Assembly (NCBI RefSeq): GCF_006345805.1
Contig: NW_021832718.1
Location: forward strand, 1-64,000
Direction of reading: 5' to 3'
Length of the DNA: 64,000 bases
Origin: Octopus sinensis
Taxonomy: Eukaryota
Part shown: positions 62,749 through 64,000 of the stretch, piece by piece
Numbering within the stretch: position 1 is the first letter of the stretch
Layout: every line of letters begins with the position of its first letter
The notes under the pieces: generated by a model
Seen by the model: only the letters and a program-made list of their open reading frames with translations
The model's database searches: none
Told to the model about the DNA's origin: nothing
Position numbers and translations under genes: made by a program

Positions 62749-62795
62749 AACTAAAACAAGTTGATACCATAATGGACAACCTGAATTCATCATAA
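62749..62795 (+). CDS. COMMD4: COMMD4 last coding exon with TAA stop
   Basis: tttatatttctAG|AACTAAAACAAG...TCATAA translates (E)LKQVDTIMDNLNSS*, versus human ELKQAQTLMSSLG*. The phase fits the previous exon. Confidence 0.85.
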
Positions 62796-63742
62796 CAAAT
62801 AATGTACAGCTGTCTTCTTGGCAAATGAATTCTCTGCAGAAACAGTTCAGACTTGGTGCTCTTAGGAAAACCCTGAATAGATACCACAAACTCTTTTCCT
62901 TTCCCCAATCTCAATAGGCTTAATTCAGAAATCATCTGATTCACAGTTGTATCTTTTTCCTGTCCTTAGGTAAGGCATGAATTTCACAACTTTTGTATGG
63001 TTAAGGCTGACCAATGATTACAGAATCTATTTGGCATATTTAGTAGAGATTATTGACAAGATGGTACACCAACTTTCTTCAGAGATACATGAACATCACA
63101 ACCTCCTTACCTGCATTAAAATCAATTATTATTTATATTATCAAACATTGCACTATACATATATTAATATTTAGGATACTACCTTTTTACATTCTGGATG
63201 AAGCCATTTTGTTTATGCTACCAAAGATTTTAGTAAAGGCATAAACATCATAAACCTATCACCAGCTGTGCATGATTGACCTTAGTCTTCAGTTTTATGC
63301 AGAAAGTACTTAACCTACTTTGCTAATATATCTAAATGTCACAACTTCCTGTCTCTCCATTCTAAATATGAACTCTGACTGACTTTTAATACTAGAGGGA
63401 TGTGGATTCATGGCAAATAAAATACCTTGTGGTGTTTCAATACAACCTTTTAGATTCCAAGTTTAAATCCCTTGGTGTCAACTTTACCTTCCATCCTTTG
63501 GTGTGGTTAAGGAAAATAAAGTTTTTGGTAAGTATTATGGAGGCAGTATAATTAACTGTTTCCTCAATCTAAATGTCTGGCCTTGTGCCTATATTGGAAG
63601 CAATTATTAGAGGATGATGAATGGGAGAATCTTTAGTGTTGGACAAAATGCTTTGCTGCATTTAGTTAAAGCCGTTTAACGTTTTGCAATCAAATCCCTC
63701 TGAGATGAACTTTGCCTTTTGTCCTTTCGAGGGTTCATCATT

Positions 63743-64000
63743 GTTTAACATCCACTTTCCATGCTAGCATGGGTTGGACGGTTTGACTGAGGGCTGGCGA
63801 ACCAGATGGCTGCACCAGGCTCCAGTCTTGATCTGGCAGAGTTTCTACAGCTGGATGCCCTTCCTAATGCCAACCACTCCAAGAGTGTAGTGGGTGCTTT
63901 TACGTGTCAGGCAGTAATGGCAACGACCTCGCTCAAATCTTTTTACATATGTCACCGGCACAGGTGCCAGTAAGGCAATACTGGTAACGATCCTGCTCGA
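63743..64000 (-). mobile_element. RTE 3' end (runs off the window)
   Basis: tttaacatccactttccatgctagcatgggttggacgg...ctggatgcccttcctaatgccaacc, the same as the other RTE tails. Confidence 0.8.

Overview
Eukaryotic, AT-rich, repeat-dominated genomic DNA. The SINE, RTE and microsatellite repertoire looks like an octopus or other coleoid cephalopod (inference from pattern recognition, not a database search). Almost all ORF-track entries are spurious or transposon-derived. Two host genes can be read only as spliced exons. The 3' half of MRPL9 is on the minus strand (three exons, 49521-51938) and the 3' half of COMMD4 is on the plus strand (four exons, 57047-62795). They point away from each other, but I could not find the 5' exons of either gene in the window, and a near-full-length RTE LINE without a visible TSD sits between them. 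The rest is nested TEs: a complete Gypsy provirus (LTRs, tRNA-Trp PBS, PPT, TSD) inserted inside an older Gypsy, solo LTRs, a Tc1 with intact TIRs, piggyBac derivatives, composite and tandem Helitrons, RTE/CR1/Tx1 LINE pieces, two SINE families, and several long foldback elements next to (TA)n tracts, including a 4.5-kb palindrome/tandem-duplication complex at 24.1-28.7 kb.
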